A stretch of DNA of 64,000 nucleotides, from assembly GCF_035084215.1 (NCBI RefSeq), contig NC_090366.1, positions 3,472,001 to 3,536,000 of the forward strand. The letters run 5' to 3'. This DNA is from Heptranchias perlo (lineage: Eukaryota). The notes below the pieces were generated by a model. That model searched no databases. It was not told the origin of the DNA and saw only the letters and a list, made by a program, of their open reading frames with translations. The translations under genes and the position numbers were made by a program. Positions 1 through 12,479 of this stretch are shown piece by piece (position 1 is the stretch's first letter; each line of letters begins with the position of its first letter).

Positions 1-450
1 TCTTACCGATTTGAATGTTTGAGTTCAGTCGCTGCTAAAGCTCAGAAGTCTTGAGTACAGACGTTAAATTATGAGGAATATTATTGGAGAAGAGAGAGGC
101 TTTGAGGCAGAGAGAGAAGAACGCCTTTGCAATGGAAGAGATCAAGTATACCATTCATAATATGCAATGAACTGAAACTCCTGCAGGTAAGCTCCGAGAA
201 ACAATTCCTGATTCTTCGGGGCCATGAAAAAAAAACACTTCACAAATTGTGTCCAACCCCCTGGAAAAACCAGGCTGAAAGATGACTGGAAAGCTTCATG
301 CTGGGTGGGTCAACCCGCAAAAAACAACGAGCTAGGTAGGAAAAAAGTGGAGTTCAACTGCCGAATGACTCTGGCTGCTTTGTTTAGAAAGATGGGGACC
401 TCTTATCCCCAACTTGAAGAAATAGCGACAGATTAATTGTGTGTGACATA
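1..450 (+). mobile_element. C-terminal part of the same hAT relic (duplication unit 1)
   Basis: Paralogous to 24190-24640; TSYPQLEEIATD motif. Confidence 0.58.
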
Positions 451-471
451 ATTGCGACCTACATGATGTCA

Positions 472-855
472 TAAGAACATAAGAAATAGTAGCAGAAGGA
501 GGCCATACCACCCCTCGAGCCTGCTCCACCTTTCAATGAGATCATGGCTGATCTGCGACCTCAACTCCACTTTCCCGCCCGACCCCCATATCCCTGGATT
601 CCCCTAGAATCCAAGCATCTATCCAACTCAGCCTTGAATGTATTTAACGACAGAGCATCCACAGCCCTATGGGGTAGTGGATTCCAAAGGTTGACAACAG
701 TCTGCGTGAAGAAATTCCACCTTCTCTCAGTCTTGAATGGCCGACCCCTTGTCCTGCGACTCTGCTCCCTTGTTCTAGATTCTCTAGCCAGGGGAAACAA
801 TCTCACAGCATCCACTCTGTCAAGCCCCCTAAATATCTTACATGTTTCAATGAGA
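472..855 (-). mobile_element. CR1/HER1-type LINE 3' fragment (shared with 24661-25043)
   Basis: TAAGAACA tail; ORF2 C-terminus FFTQTVVNLWNPLP. Confidence 0.85.
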
Positions 856-1059
856 CATCAGCGACAGATTACTTGTGTGTGACATCGTCGTGACGTACAT
901 GATGTCATCACGGGCAGATTACTTGTGTGTGAAATCGTTGTGATCTACAAATCCGGGGCTCCTATCCCTCCCAACCAAAAACAGGTTTGCCCAACACATT
1001 TCCCTCTGGACAGTGCCCAGTTAAGGTGAAGTTACGTGATGTTTACCCATCAGTTCGCT

Positions 1060-1440
1060 TGGTGTGTTTGTTCGCCTGTGGAATTCAAAGTACAGGCCTT
1101 TTGCGTTGAATTAACTGATCTCAAGCCAGGAAGGCAGTAGTCATGTTACACTTAGAACCAGCACCCTTGGGTTAGGGAGGAGATATATCAGTCAGCATAA
1201 CTACTCCTGACTGACACTGATGCTTGTGTGTGGGCGTTAATTTGGCTTCAACTGTAATGCCACTCTGAGTCGACTGGCTTGCCAAAAGTAATTCTTTATG
1301 GGTTCCTTAAGAAGGAAGGCCAATTGGGCAATATACCTCAGGGCAGCTTGCATAAGTAAATTCGCTTTCCACCAAGAGCCAAAATCCTCCAGAAAAGAAG
1401 AAAGCGAGGAGAAGATTGAAAAGAAAACGTAAAAAACAAA
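1060..1440 (+). mobile_element. Degenerate tRNA-derived SINE (paralog at ~25240-25620; related fragment ~51795-51985)
   Basis: gttgaattaactgatctc..cccttgggttagggagg..purine-rich tail motif series recurs at several positions in the window. Confidence 0.5.
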
Positions 1441-1479
1441 TGTTCACAGATCACCTGGACATTGAACCTAAGAGGAAAT

Positions 1480-1566
1480 TGTAAACAATTTTACAACACC
1501 AAGTTATAGTCCAGCAATTTTATTTTAAATTCACAAGCTTTCGGAGATTTCCTCCTTCCTCAGGCA
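1480..1566 (-). mobile_element. Penelope-type terminal fragment with hammerhead-like core
   Basis: Absent from unit 2 (25661-25680); minus strand reads CTGAGGA-AGGAG..CTCC-GAAAGCTT; same family as 5129-5338. Confidence 0.6.
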
Positions 1567-1659
1567 AATGGTCAAGGCTGTGGGCAATATTCCTAAGGAC
1601 TCCATAAATCCCCGAGCTCTAGCGAGCTGATAAATGGAAAACAGTGAATATTCAAGAAG

Positions 1660-3282
1660 TTAAAGAGAGTAGCAAATTGAAAGAATAAGCATACAATTCC
1701 GCAAAGGTTAGTGGCAGGTCAGAAGATTGGTCAGAATATAAAAACAGCACAGAATGACGAAAAGGATAAAAAGGAGGGAGAAATTAGAGTAGGAGAGAAA
1801 GCTAGCTAGAAATATAAAAACACGTAGTAAGAGATTCTACAGGTATTTAAAAAGGAAAAGAGTAACTAAAGTGAGCGTATGTCCTCTACAGCGTGAGTCT
1901 GGGGAATTAGTAATGGAGAAAAATGAAATGGCGGATGAATTGAACAGATGTTTTGCGTCCGTCTTCACTGTAGGTGACACAAATAACGTGCCAGAAATAA
2001 TTGTGAATCATGAGGTGAAAGGGAGGGAGGAGCTTAAAACACTTCAAATCACCAGAGTAAGGGCCTTGAAAACATATTAGAACTCAAAGCTGAAAAGTCC
2101 CCATGTTCTGATGGACTTCATCCTAGGGTCTTAAAAGAAGTGGCTGCAGAGATTGTAGATACAATGCAATTAATTTTCCAAAATTCCCTAGATTCTGGAA
2201 GGGTCCCATCAGATTGGAAAATAGCGAATGTAACTCCTCTATTCAAGCAAGGAGGTCGAAAAAAAGCAGGAAATTACACGCCAGTAGCTTAACATCTGTC
2301 ATAGGAAAAGGCTAGAATCTCGTATTAAGGAGGTTATAGCAGGGCACTTAGAAAATCTCAATGCAATCAGGCAGTCAACACGGCTTTGTGAAAGGGAAAT
2401 CGTGTTTGACTAATTTATTAGAGTTCTTTGAGGAAGTAACAAGCAACTTTGGTACAGCGGATTATGTGGATGTGGTGTACTTGGATTTCCAGAAGGCTTT
2501 TAACAAGATGCCACATCAAAGGCTACTGCACAAAATAAAAGCTCATGTTATAGGGGGCAACATATTAGCATGGTAATAGGATTGGTTAGCGAACAGGAAA
2601 CAGAGAGTAGGCATAAATAGGTTATTTTCAAGTTGGCAAGATGTAACGAGTATAGTGCCACAGGGATCATTGCTTATACATCAATCATTTACAATCTATA
2701 TCAATGACGTGACTGAAGGGACCGAATGTGTGGTTGCTAAATTTGCTGATGACACAAAGATAGGTAGGAAAGTAAGTTGTGAAGAGGACATAAGGAATGT
2801 GTAATGGGGGTTATCTTATGAGAAAAGGTTGAACAAGCTGGGCCTGTATACACGGGAGTTTAGAAGAATGAGAGGTCATCTTACTGAAACATATACGATC
2901 CAGAGGGGACTAGAAGGGGTAGGTGCTGAGGGACATTTCCTTTGTGGGAGAGTCCTGAACTAGGGGCCACAGTTTAAAAATGAGGCGTCTCCCATTTAAG
3001 ACGGAAATGAGGAGATTTTGTATTCTCTCAGAGGCTCGTGAGTCTGTGGAACTCCCTTCTCCAGAGAGCGGTGACGATAGGTCATTGAATATTTTTATGG
3101 CTGAGTTAGATAGATTCCTGATTAACAAGGAAGTCAAAGGTCATAGTAGGTAGTCGGGAAAGTAGGGTAGACGTCACAATCAGATCAGCCATGAACTTAT
3201 TAAATGGCAGAGCAGGCTCGAGGGGCCGAATGGCCTATTCTTGCTCTTAATTCGTAAGTTCGTATGTTCGTACGTATGTTCG
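1660..3282 (+). mobile_element. CR1 LINE, 5'-truncated, internally deleted near 2805
   Basis: RT motifs QHGFVKGKSCLTNLLEFFE, YLDFQKAF, FADD; 3' hairpin and (TTCGTATG)-like tail; absent from unit 2. Confidence 0.92.
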
Positions 3283-3607
3283 AAGCAGTGAGACACGAAT
3301 CAGAGAGGCCGTCAATATTCATCTGAAAAAGCAAAAAGGGTAGTCTCATGGATTCAAAAGCAGTAGTTCATGCCTCATGAACCTACTGGAATTATTTGAG
3401 GAGATAAACTGAAGCAGTGGATGCGGGAAGTCCAGGGAAAGTAATTGACAGATGTTGTGTTTGACTTTAATAAGAAGTTGTATTGTATTAACAGCAAATT
3501 ATTTCCTTCTGCAGTTGTCTGCTGTTGCTATTCGATCACGACAAGCATCGCAGACAAGCCTGATTTAGTGCTACACCAACATCCATGCTCATGCAATCAC
3601 TGGCAAA

Positions 3608-3850
3608 AGCCACTGGAATAAGGAATTCAGGAGAAACTTCTTTACCCAGAGGGTACTTGCTATGACATTGAGTGGTTGAGGGGAATAGCACAGATGTATT
3701 TAAGGGAAAGCTAGATAGGTACATGAGGGAGAAAGGAATGGAAGAATATGCTGAAAGGATGAGATGAAGTAGGGTGGGAGGAGGCTCGTGTGGAGCATGA
3801 ACACCGGCTGAATGGCCTGTTTGTGTGCTGTAAATTCTATGTAATTTGAT
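3608..3850 (+). mobile_element. CR1 3' fragment (shared with ~26110-26350)
   Basis: aggagaaacttctttacccagaggg..gaatggcctgtt..ttctatgtaa. Confidence 0.7.
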
Positions 3851-4034
3851 GTAAAAGAATAGTTTGGTTCTGTTCCCCCATCAGTCTAATTCCAGGTGCT
3901 CCCAGTTGAAGCTGGTCGGGAATGCTTGAGATGCACCAGGTAGCCAGGATTTCGTCACACTGATCAATTTGGCAGAAATTGTACATTGAATTAATATCAG
4001 CAATACATTTTTCATTGGCATTTAACACGAAAAC

Positions 4035-4200
4035 TTAGACTTTGCCGGTAATGCAAAACGGGCGATAGCGAATCTGCAGCCCATTTTGCAACACGCACAA
4101 TATTTTCCGCATGAACTTTTGGAAAATGGGAATATGGCGGGAGGTAACACGGAGTTCGATTCGCTATCGCCTATTTTGTGCCAAGGCTGAAGATCAATTT
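4035..4200. mobile_element. Palindromic MITE-like element (paralog ~26530-26700)
   Basis: Inverted repeat ggcgatagcgaatc / gattcgctatcgcc; missing from the third promoter copy (~32600-32680). Confidence 0.5.
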
Positions 4201-5032
4201 CACGCTCTGAAGTCGATTTCACACGTCCCAGACCTAGCACCAAAATGAGAAAAATAAACTGCAGCAAATGTGATAAAATGTTCATGAATTTGAGCAAATT
4301 TATACAGCTGGGAAGCGTGTGTAGGTCGTTCAGTCACTTAGAAGAATGGATGTTGCCGCGCTGTAAAACTGTTTACTGAATGTACTTAGAGATTGCACGG
4401 AATCCACACGTCTAAAGAATGCAGCAACAAAACTAATTGCAGTTCGACGACACCAACGTATATTTCCTGCAAAAGTTCTAAATATGTGTGTAAATTGCGT
4501 CAGAGGCGTCTGCAAGCGTGGGCAGCGTCCTCTGGTCACAGACTCCAGTATATTGTGTTTGAGAAACAAACTGTGTGTTTGTCAGAGAGAGAGATGCTGT
4601 TTTTGTGTTAATGTTTCTATAGAAACTATTGGCGATATCATAGCATCATATTAAACAACGCTTGGTTTCACATTGCATATGTAAATATGCGAGCAGTCGT
4701 CGTCATGAAGACTTGTTGTGGTGCACAAGCTGAGAGAGTAAGCATCCTTCCCATGCATCCTTGTTCACAAAATGGATTATATCTACGTATTTTCCAACGG
4801 CGTTTGCATTGTCGATAAAATCCTCAAATCCAATTTAGACGTTCCAGACCTAAGAGCAAAATGAGAAAAATACAATGCAGCAAATTAAGCACAGTATTTA
4901 TTAATTTCAGTAAATTTGCAGAACTGGAGTCTGAATATAAATAGTTAAGTTATTTGGAAGAATGGCTGTGAACCACAGGGCCAAGTGACTTACAAACAAA
5001 CATCTCCTATTGCACGACTATTTAAAGAAGGT

Positions 5033-5044
5033 GAGGAAACCACA
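5033..5044 (+). promoter_or_regulatory. Candidate composite ETS(PU.1)/RUNX site GAGGAAACCACA
   Basis: Invariant in all three promoter copies (5033, 27504, 32894) despite flanking divergence. Confidence 0.5.
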
Positions 5045-5128
5045 CGTCTACAAACTGCAGCAACAATACTGACGGCAGTTGCACGTCTCCAACATACATC
5101 TCGTCTGAGCTGCCAAAAGATAAATATG

Positions 5129-5338
5129 ATGTGGAAATGCCGGTGATTGACTGGGGTGTACAAATGTAAGGAATCTTACAACAACAGGTTATAGTCCAAC
5201 AGTTATATTTGAAAATCACAAGCTTTCGGAGGCTTTCTCCTTCGTCAGGTGTGTGACGAAGGAGAAAGCCTCCGAAAGCTTGTGATTTTCAAATAAAACT
5301 GTTGGACGATAACCTGGTGTTGTAAGATTCATTACAAG
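5129..5338. mobile_element. Penelope-derived palindromic insertion with 11-bp TSD
   Basis: ~83-bp inverted arms (5165-5336) around a 6-nt loop; flanked by AGATAAATATG at 5118-5128 and 5339-5349; absent at 27590. Confidence 0.8.
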
Positions 5339-5796
5339 AGATAAATATGTGTGAAATGTGAGTCAGAGGCATCTGCAAGTTGGGGCAGAGCTCTTGTGCA
5401 TCAGGTTCCAATACATTATGTTCATAAATAACTGCACATTTGGTGTGTGGGTGTGTGTCAGACAGAGAGAGAGGGTGACTCTGTTTCTGTGTTAAGGTTT
5501 CTTTAGCAGATGTTAGATATACCATGAGAGCATATTCCGCAACAGTCGGTCACACACACTGCATACCTAAGACGTGCTAGCAGCCGACATCACCAATATC
5601 TGGTGGAGTTTCACAAGTTCAGTGAGTAAGCACTCTTCCGATAGATTTGATGAGAATACCTCACCTCCGTGGAAGTCCGATGGGATAGTGAAGAATTCTA
5701 ACAAATGACAGGGATGAATAATGCTTAAATCTGATTGGTCTTTGTTGTGAAATAGGTTTTCCATGTTGACAGTGAAACCGGGAACAGTTTCCAGCT

Positions 5797-5839
5797 ATGA
5801 GGAGTTGCGTGTTTCTCTCTCTCATGAAATTGACAGACG
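5797..5839 (+). pseudogene. Copy 1 leader exon (MRSCVFLSLMKLTD)
   Basis: ATG plus 43 nt plus GTAAAT donor; paralogous to 33425. Confidence 0.75.
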
Positions 5840-6436
5840 GTAAATATATTTTAATAATAAATTCTGCAAAAAATGTTTCATATGTTGTGGGAACAGTACA
5901 GGGCAATTCTTTCTGCCAATGTTACGTGGCTGTTCATTTTAAATCCAGTGAAACAATTTCAATGGTTGTTTAGCGCATGCTTTATAGATGCTTTATTGCG
6001 TTTTATTTGCTGTTCAAATTATTTTTACTGTCTATTTTAATCCACGTTTCATATTATTTTAATTTATGCTTAATAAGTACTTTAATGGTCAATGGATGTG
6101 TAATATATAGCTTCGTTAATATTAAATATGCATTTATAACAATCTTATAGAACATTCACTTTCTGTTTTATGCATATCTATTCCGTGTTAATATCACTAT
6201 TACATTTGTATATTAGTCTTTCATAACACTGCTATCAAATAGGTATAATTATGGACATTTACATCAGCGTTTTGATCAGTATATTTTACTTGATCTTTAA
6301 AGGACATTTGAAATATTTGAATTGCTATGGTGATGGGCGATTATTTGTCAACGAACAAATACTTTAATAGATATTTTAGATATTACAATGGGTTTTGATT
6401 GGATACTTAAAAGATTGCTAATGTTATTTCTTTCAG

Positions 6437-6817
6437 TTGTTTGTTGTGATGAATGCACTGTGGTGATGCCAGATATTGTGTCGACAGTGTCGGGTTCATG
6501 TGCACAGATCCCGTGTACGTTTCATCATTCAGTCTCTGCCCCCAAGCCAAAGGGGAAGTGGTTCAAGAGCAGCCGTGATCCTCGTGGCATTGGGGACACC
6601 CTTATCTATCATTAGGTAAATCCATGTGGGCAGCCTTATAACTATGGTGGGAGAGCGGAGTTGAAGGACAACCTTACGCAAGGACAATGCTCCCTTTTGA
6701 TAAAGAATATCAGGAAGCGTGATGAGGGCACATATCACTTCAGCGTGCAAGTCCGCTGGGGCTGGCTTGTTAATAGATATACCACTGGCCGTTCTGAAAT
6801 CATCCTCTCTGTTTCAG
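6437..6817 (+). pseudogene. Copy 1 V-set exon with premature stop and dead donor
   Basis: GSCAQIPCTF..GQCSLLIKNI..DEGTYHFSV; TAG at 6613 where copy 2 has TCG. Confidence 0.9.
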
Positions 6818-8236
6818 TTGAGTTTTTCCTTTGTTTCTTTTCGACATTTTATTCCAGTGCTTAAGTGTGAATCAACCAACGTGTGAAGTGGACACATTTT
6901 GTGATGTCGCCGGCCGAACTCAAAGGGTAGTTGCAACACTGGTGAGGAGATACGGATAAGCAGTGCAATGGTTCATATCCTAAGGACAGAAATATATGGA
7001 AATGACAGCAGTAAAACAGGCCGTACAGCCCAACCAGTCCGTGTTGCTGTTTATTCTCCACATGACCAGCACTCCTAATCGCCTCCGCCTGGCCTGTTCC
7101 CATATCCCTTTATTGCCATTCCCTTTAACCAACTTATTGTTAAGTGTTCACATAATGATAGAATTTCAACTTGTTGGCCGAAACGTAAAACTGGCGGTGC
7201 GGGTCGTCCGCATAATATAGAAACCAACAGATCTAATTGTTCATTGAAATAAAAGGATATGTAAATCGGGCGGATGCTGGAATGGGCGCCTGATGTGGGA
7301 CCCCAGTTTTGACCCCGGCGGCAAGTTCAGGTTCAGTCTGTTTCGATCTCCTCTGTCCATTTGCTTCATAGGTTTAAACACTTCTGTGTAAACCTGTTTT
7401 GTCCTGATGAGTTCTGCCACAATTTTATAAGGCATACCTCATATGTGTGCTTCTTCATACCAGGCAGAATCCAAGCGAATCCGCCCTTTAGCCTTCCTCT
7501 AGAGCAAAAACCAAAACTCGCTTTCTTATTCCAACTGAGAACTAACTATGGTTCTCTTTCAGAGCTCCATCACATCTCGATTTTTATTTTGTACATATTC
7601 TCAGCACATGGTATTTAATTAGATCCGAATGGATAAGTACATTTTAGAGTAATGTTAAAAATGTGTTCACGCTGCCTCAGTTATTTGTTGATTCTGATGT
7701 CATGTCGCCGAAATGATATTCCTACGGAAAGCTTAATGCGTTTTACACGAGAGTAAACTGCTGCGGTTCTCCGACATAGGACTATGTTGCCACTCGTTTA
7801 CCTGGCCTGTCCATTCTTGAGCATCATTTTTCTGTACTGAAGTTCGTTTGCAACAGAATCTGGGAACACTCTGATCTGCATTAGTCACAATCACACTTGT
7901 TGCTTATATCTAAACATCTAACGTTGATTCTAACTTCTGCCTGCAAGACTGGTTCACTGGACTGCAGCTATTAGATCCATTATATTAATAATATACGAGA
8001 TAAAACGACTGATGGTTATTTAAGTGAGGCCATATATTATCATTTGAGGCAGCAAACTATTTTATAACTGCGAGGAGTAATTCAGAGTAGCGAATCAACT
8101 TGCGACACATAAAAGACAAAATGCGATTTATTGTTTTAACTCTTTGTCAGATTTAGATGGAAGTGCTGCTTCAGGCCACTCCCCGGTTTTAAGATTGAAA
8201 TTACCCAAATACGCCTGTTTGCTCATGTTCTTACAG

Positions 8237-8548
8237 ACAAGCCACATATTCCAGGTTATGGGGAACTGACTTCTGGAAAAGCAGCAGGACTGAGCTGTTC
8301 AATCACTCACAGCTGCCCATATGACAAACTGCAACTGAGGTGGATTGATTACAATGGGTCCCTTCCTCTTCCATGGGACACTAAAGATGGACCAGAAATT
8401 GTTAATGAACGTTCCGGTACTTGGAGAGTTTCATCGGCGCTCACGTTCACTCCATCATCCGCTTTTCGTGAGAGAAGTCCAGAATGCTCAATTTTACTAC
8501 AAGGCTCCCCAATTTCTTCTCCACAAATTCTTACCTTGCAGCTCAAAT
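8237..8548 (+). pseudogene. Copy 1 C2 domain 2 exon
   Basis: Open 312-nt exon LSCSITHSCPYDKLQLRW, flanked by AG and GT. Confidence 0.9.
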
Positions 8549-9172
8549 GTAAATGTCTGCTCTGAAGTTAATATCCCTCAACTGTCGGCCGACTGGTTCA
8601 ACAATTTTCCTTCCACCATCAGCAATTTATTACAGGTTTAGGACAGCATCAAAGAATGTACCGAGAAACCTCCGTCTCTATGCCGTGAGAGCTCACTTGG
8701 ATAATAAGTGAATCGGAGTGGCTCTCAGCCAATTCTTGTCAGTCAGATTATTTTGTGAATATTCACATCGATGAATTAATGTTGGTGGCTCCAAGAGTTT
8801 GGTTTATGCCATTGTTAATTGCTATTCTGAGATCTACCAGTAAGGTTCTGAGTTCAGTCAGTCATGAAGGGATACAAAAATGCCAAGGCGAGTGAGTATC
8901 TGAAGCTGGTTTCAGCTATGACAGCAGATATCAGCTCTGGTTGGGCTTCAGAATTCACCTGAATGATGCATCATTGTTAAAGTACGTACGCCACAAGGAG
9001 ACATAATTCGAAGAGGGAGGTAAATTCTCGAAGATAAATATTTTTGTTGTAACATTAAATTCTGGGGCAGTAAAATAAGAAGTTTGCAATTTAGACGCGG
9101 CCTCTTACCCAACATAATGATTTAATTATAATCTATATCATGCTTCACGTTTTGCATTATTGCCTGTTTCAG

Positions 9173-9430
9173 ATGGACTGGAAAACCCAACCGTCAATTC
9201 CTCTACAGTAGCGGTGGAAGGCAGCTCATTATTATTATACTGCACGGCATGCGGAAAACCAGCTGTCAGTTTAAGATGGGTGAAAAATGGTGAAGAGATC
9301 AGGACATCTTCCACCAATGAACTAAAGCGGAAATTCCACAACATTAGTTTTGAAGATGACGGTGAATATTGGTGTGTGGCTGAAAATAAGCTGGGCACCG
9401 CAAACAGCTCCACACGGATTTCTGTACAAT
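9173..9430 (+). pseudogene. Copy 1 Ig domain 3 exon
   Basis: Open 258-nt exon with EDDGEYWCVAEN, flanked by AG and GT. Confidence 0.9.
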
Positions 9431-10049
9431 GTAAGTGTGCATGCATTTCTCAATTAGATATAAGCCTTTCAGTTCACAAACTCTCGATTAAAACCCACGT
9501 TTCTCTTTACCGCTTGCACTAACGCGCCAATGTAATATGAGCTTGGTATTGTGTCATCCCTTCCTTTTGGACATAGTGCAAAGCAACCTCGATATTTCCA
9601 ATAATGGAAACAAACCTGGCCAACTCGTTGAGGGTGACAGTTGTAGAATGTGCACAATTTGACATAAATGCAGCAGGAAGTACCCTCCTGATTGGGACAG
9701 AAGTGCATTTACTGGGAGCTTTACTCTAACTCTAACAGTTTATGAATAATACTGGCATTCTAAAATAAACAAGCCTCCATTTCTTAGAACCGACTTCCCT
9801 CATTTTGCTGAGCAGGAATTCGCCAAAAAATATCGAATAAATGTGGTGGTAACTTACGCTCTGTTACTGGATTACTGTTCAGTTAACAATGTAATATTCA
9901 GGGACACCATCCTTTGAACTGTTGCCCTGTTAGCTGGTTATCGAGAAGTATCACGTCAGGCCAGCACAATGGAAGGTGTTTAATGCAGTATTTATGCACC
10001 ACAAATGTTTGACATAATCATTTCACACTGAAGTCTCTGTTTTTTTTAG

Positions 10050-10343
10050 ATTAACCCACAATTGTATCAGGCCCGACCTGCAACAGCTCTCAGAATTGGA
10101 CTGATTGTAACTGCAGTGTCACAGCCAATCCACCAGCAAACATTACATGGAACGTCAATGGAAGTATCATCACTGAGAACAGGTCAGACGTGGAATTCAT
10201 CTCGTGGGCTGTGAATAGTTACCTGGTGCAGAGCTCCCTGACACTGGCACACCCAACTCGAATTGGAACTGGAATTCAAATTTCATGTGTTGCAGCAAAC
10301 GTGCACGGTGATTGTGTCAGCAAATACCAGCTCCACTTTGAGG
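10050..10343 (+). pseudogene. Copy 1 Ig domain 4 exon with nonsense codon
   Basis: AAA>TAA in the first full codon of the exon (10052-10054); the rest is colinear with 37580-37873. Confidence 0.88.
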
Positions 10344-10392
10344 GTACATGTTGAATTTACCTGTAATTTGAATGCAGTTAGAGAGTTGGTCC

Positions 10393-10553
10393 AACATAAG
10401 AATATAAGAACATGAAAAATAAGAGCAGGATTAGGCTATTCGGCCCCTCGAGCCTGCTCCGCCATTCAATCAGATCATGGCTGATCTTCGACCTCAACTC
10501 CACTTTCCAGCCCCATCCCCATATCCCTTGATTCCACTAGAGTCCTATAATCT
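10393..10553 (-). mobile_element. CR1 3' tail in copy 1 intron 5
   Basis: aacataagaa tail and gcctgctccgccattcaat hairpin. Confidence 0.8.
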
Positions 10554-10746
10554 CTGCTGGTCATCATTAGCCCGTCATTAACTCTTTGGATCAGCAGGAT
10601 GTGGCGAATATAATCCCTAATTTTTGATTAGCTTTATGATCCGAACATGAAGGAAATTTCTTCCTCATACTCACATATGTGTTTCCAAGATTGGTGTATT
10701 GGCCCCAATGCACTAATGAAAATTAATGTATTTTCCGACATTTTAG

Positions 10747-10846
10747 GAATATTCTTATTCTCCTGGACAAACATCTTCAAAATAGGAGGAGGAGCCTGTT
10801 GCCTAATTATTGTAATTGCAGTCGTTGTCACAGTGAAGATACAAAG
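10747..10846 (+). pseudogene. Copy 1 transmembrane exon
   Basis: GIFLFSWTNIFKIGGGACCLIIVIAVVVTVKIQR, with AG and GT flanks. Confidence 0.85.
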
Positions 10847-12391
10847 GTATGTATGTTTCTTAACTGCATAGACTGGAGAATAAATTAGACAACTTTAAAG
10901 GGTACCCTGCGTCAGAAAGACTATGTATCAGAAACTCGTTTAAATCATCACTCACTGAGGATAGTGATCATCTGTCTGAATTGGAGCAGTGTGTTGAAAG
11001 TAGGAGCGTCAATCGTTCCCTGAACAGCCTCTCGTCTCCCAGCATCAAACACAGAGTAATATTAGTGGCTGCTTGATTCCGGCTTCCTGTACATTCTTCC
11101 TGTTACAAGATTGGTGCTTTGTTTCGTTATGTTTAACCTGGTCATTTTTGGACTTCAGTCTCTCGGTCTGCTCGCGTGGCTGATCGCTCGAGCCCTATGT
11201 CCCAGGTAGTGTTTTCCCCTCCTCTGTAATCTGGGTAAAGTTTGTCGCCTGCCCAAGCAATGGACAGGCGACAATAGAATCGCCGTCAGTTTCCGTCAGG
11301 CGATGCTAATATTGGGCCGCCCCGCGCAAGCCTCCTTGTCATGGGAAGATCTCACGATAAAATCACACTAGAATTTTACTTAGACTTCACTGATCATGTA
11401 ATTTCATTGGTCAGTTAAAAAACAAACAAATAGTATAAGGAACGTGACACATTTTTACAGGAATTGTTAAGGTTGCTTGGCTCCAGGAGTAGAAAATTAT
11501 ATTCATGAATGGGGTGCGACTGATGTGGTAAGTTATGCCAGAAATGCATTATGCAGCGGTCTTTAACTTATTCTTAGCCGTAACATAAGTTATTTTGTCG
11601 GTCTCGCTCTCTTTGAAAGATCCACTCAAACTCCCTGCTTTTAAATCGTCATGCTGATATTTAGCTTCAAAGAGGTGTCCGGCTCCAATTGACTTCAAAT
11701 AACCATGTGTTCGGTAAACCATGAGTTGCCAATCAAAGTTACCCTTGCACAAATCAGACAGAATGTTTGTATTTAAAATGAATGATATAGCTCCAACGAT
11801 AGGTGGAGGCCGATAACAACCAATGATCGGCAACAATCTTTGTAAAATGAGATTGTGTGAATTGTTCAAGCTTTTAACCCCTCGTGTACCATGACATAAT
11901 TAAAAAGCCAAGTACGTCCCAAATAATACCAAAGTGCATTTTTCAGAGATACTATAGAAGGATCTCAGAACGATTGATGAGGAATATTGATCGATTCCGC
12001 GATTCAAACTCCAATGGGTTGGAACCATCTACATGATAATAGAGAGGAACGTGTTTGCAGATTGAAACTCGACCTGATATTTAACAAGGTGCTGCATATT
12101 TGAATACACCTCCTCTGTATCTTATTTAGCACAATCAATCTTCACCCAGTGCAGACAGCACAACGTCATTAATGACCTTCATCCATCAAGAAAAGTTCTC
12201 TTTTGAAATGTGCTCAGGTGGATAGTTACATGAAATGATTTGAGACCTGATCTGTGCTCATCAGGAAACCGAAACGACACAAGCCTCTCATGACCAATTG
12301 AGTTCCTTCATCGTACAGGCACAGCATAGTTTACGTAAATTTATTCCAATTAATTACGCGAATTGCATCATTGGTATTTATTATTATTTAG

Positions 12392-12479
12392 GAAGAAACA
12401 AAGTGAAGCTGTGTGTGCCTCGGAAACGGATGATAATTCGGTGACCTACGCTGTGGTACAGAACGCACTGAACGCTATG
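12392..12479 (+). pseudogene. Copy 1 cytoplasmic exon 7 (VTYAVV), donor lost
   Basis: Colinear with 40330-40417; GT replaced by TT. Confidence 0.82.
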
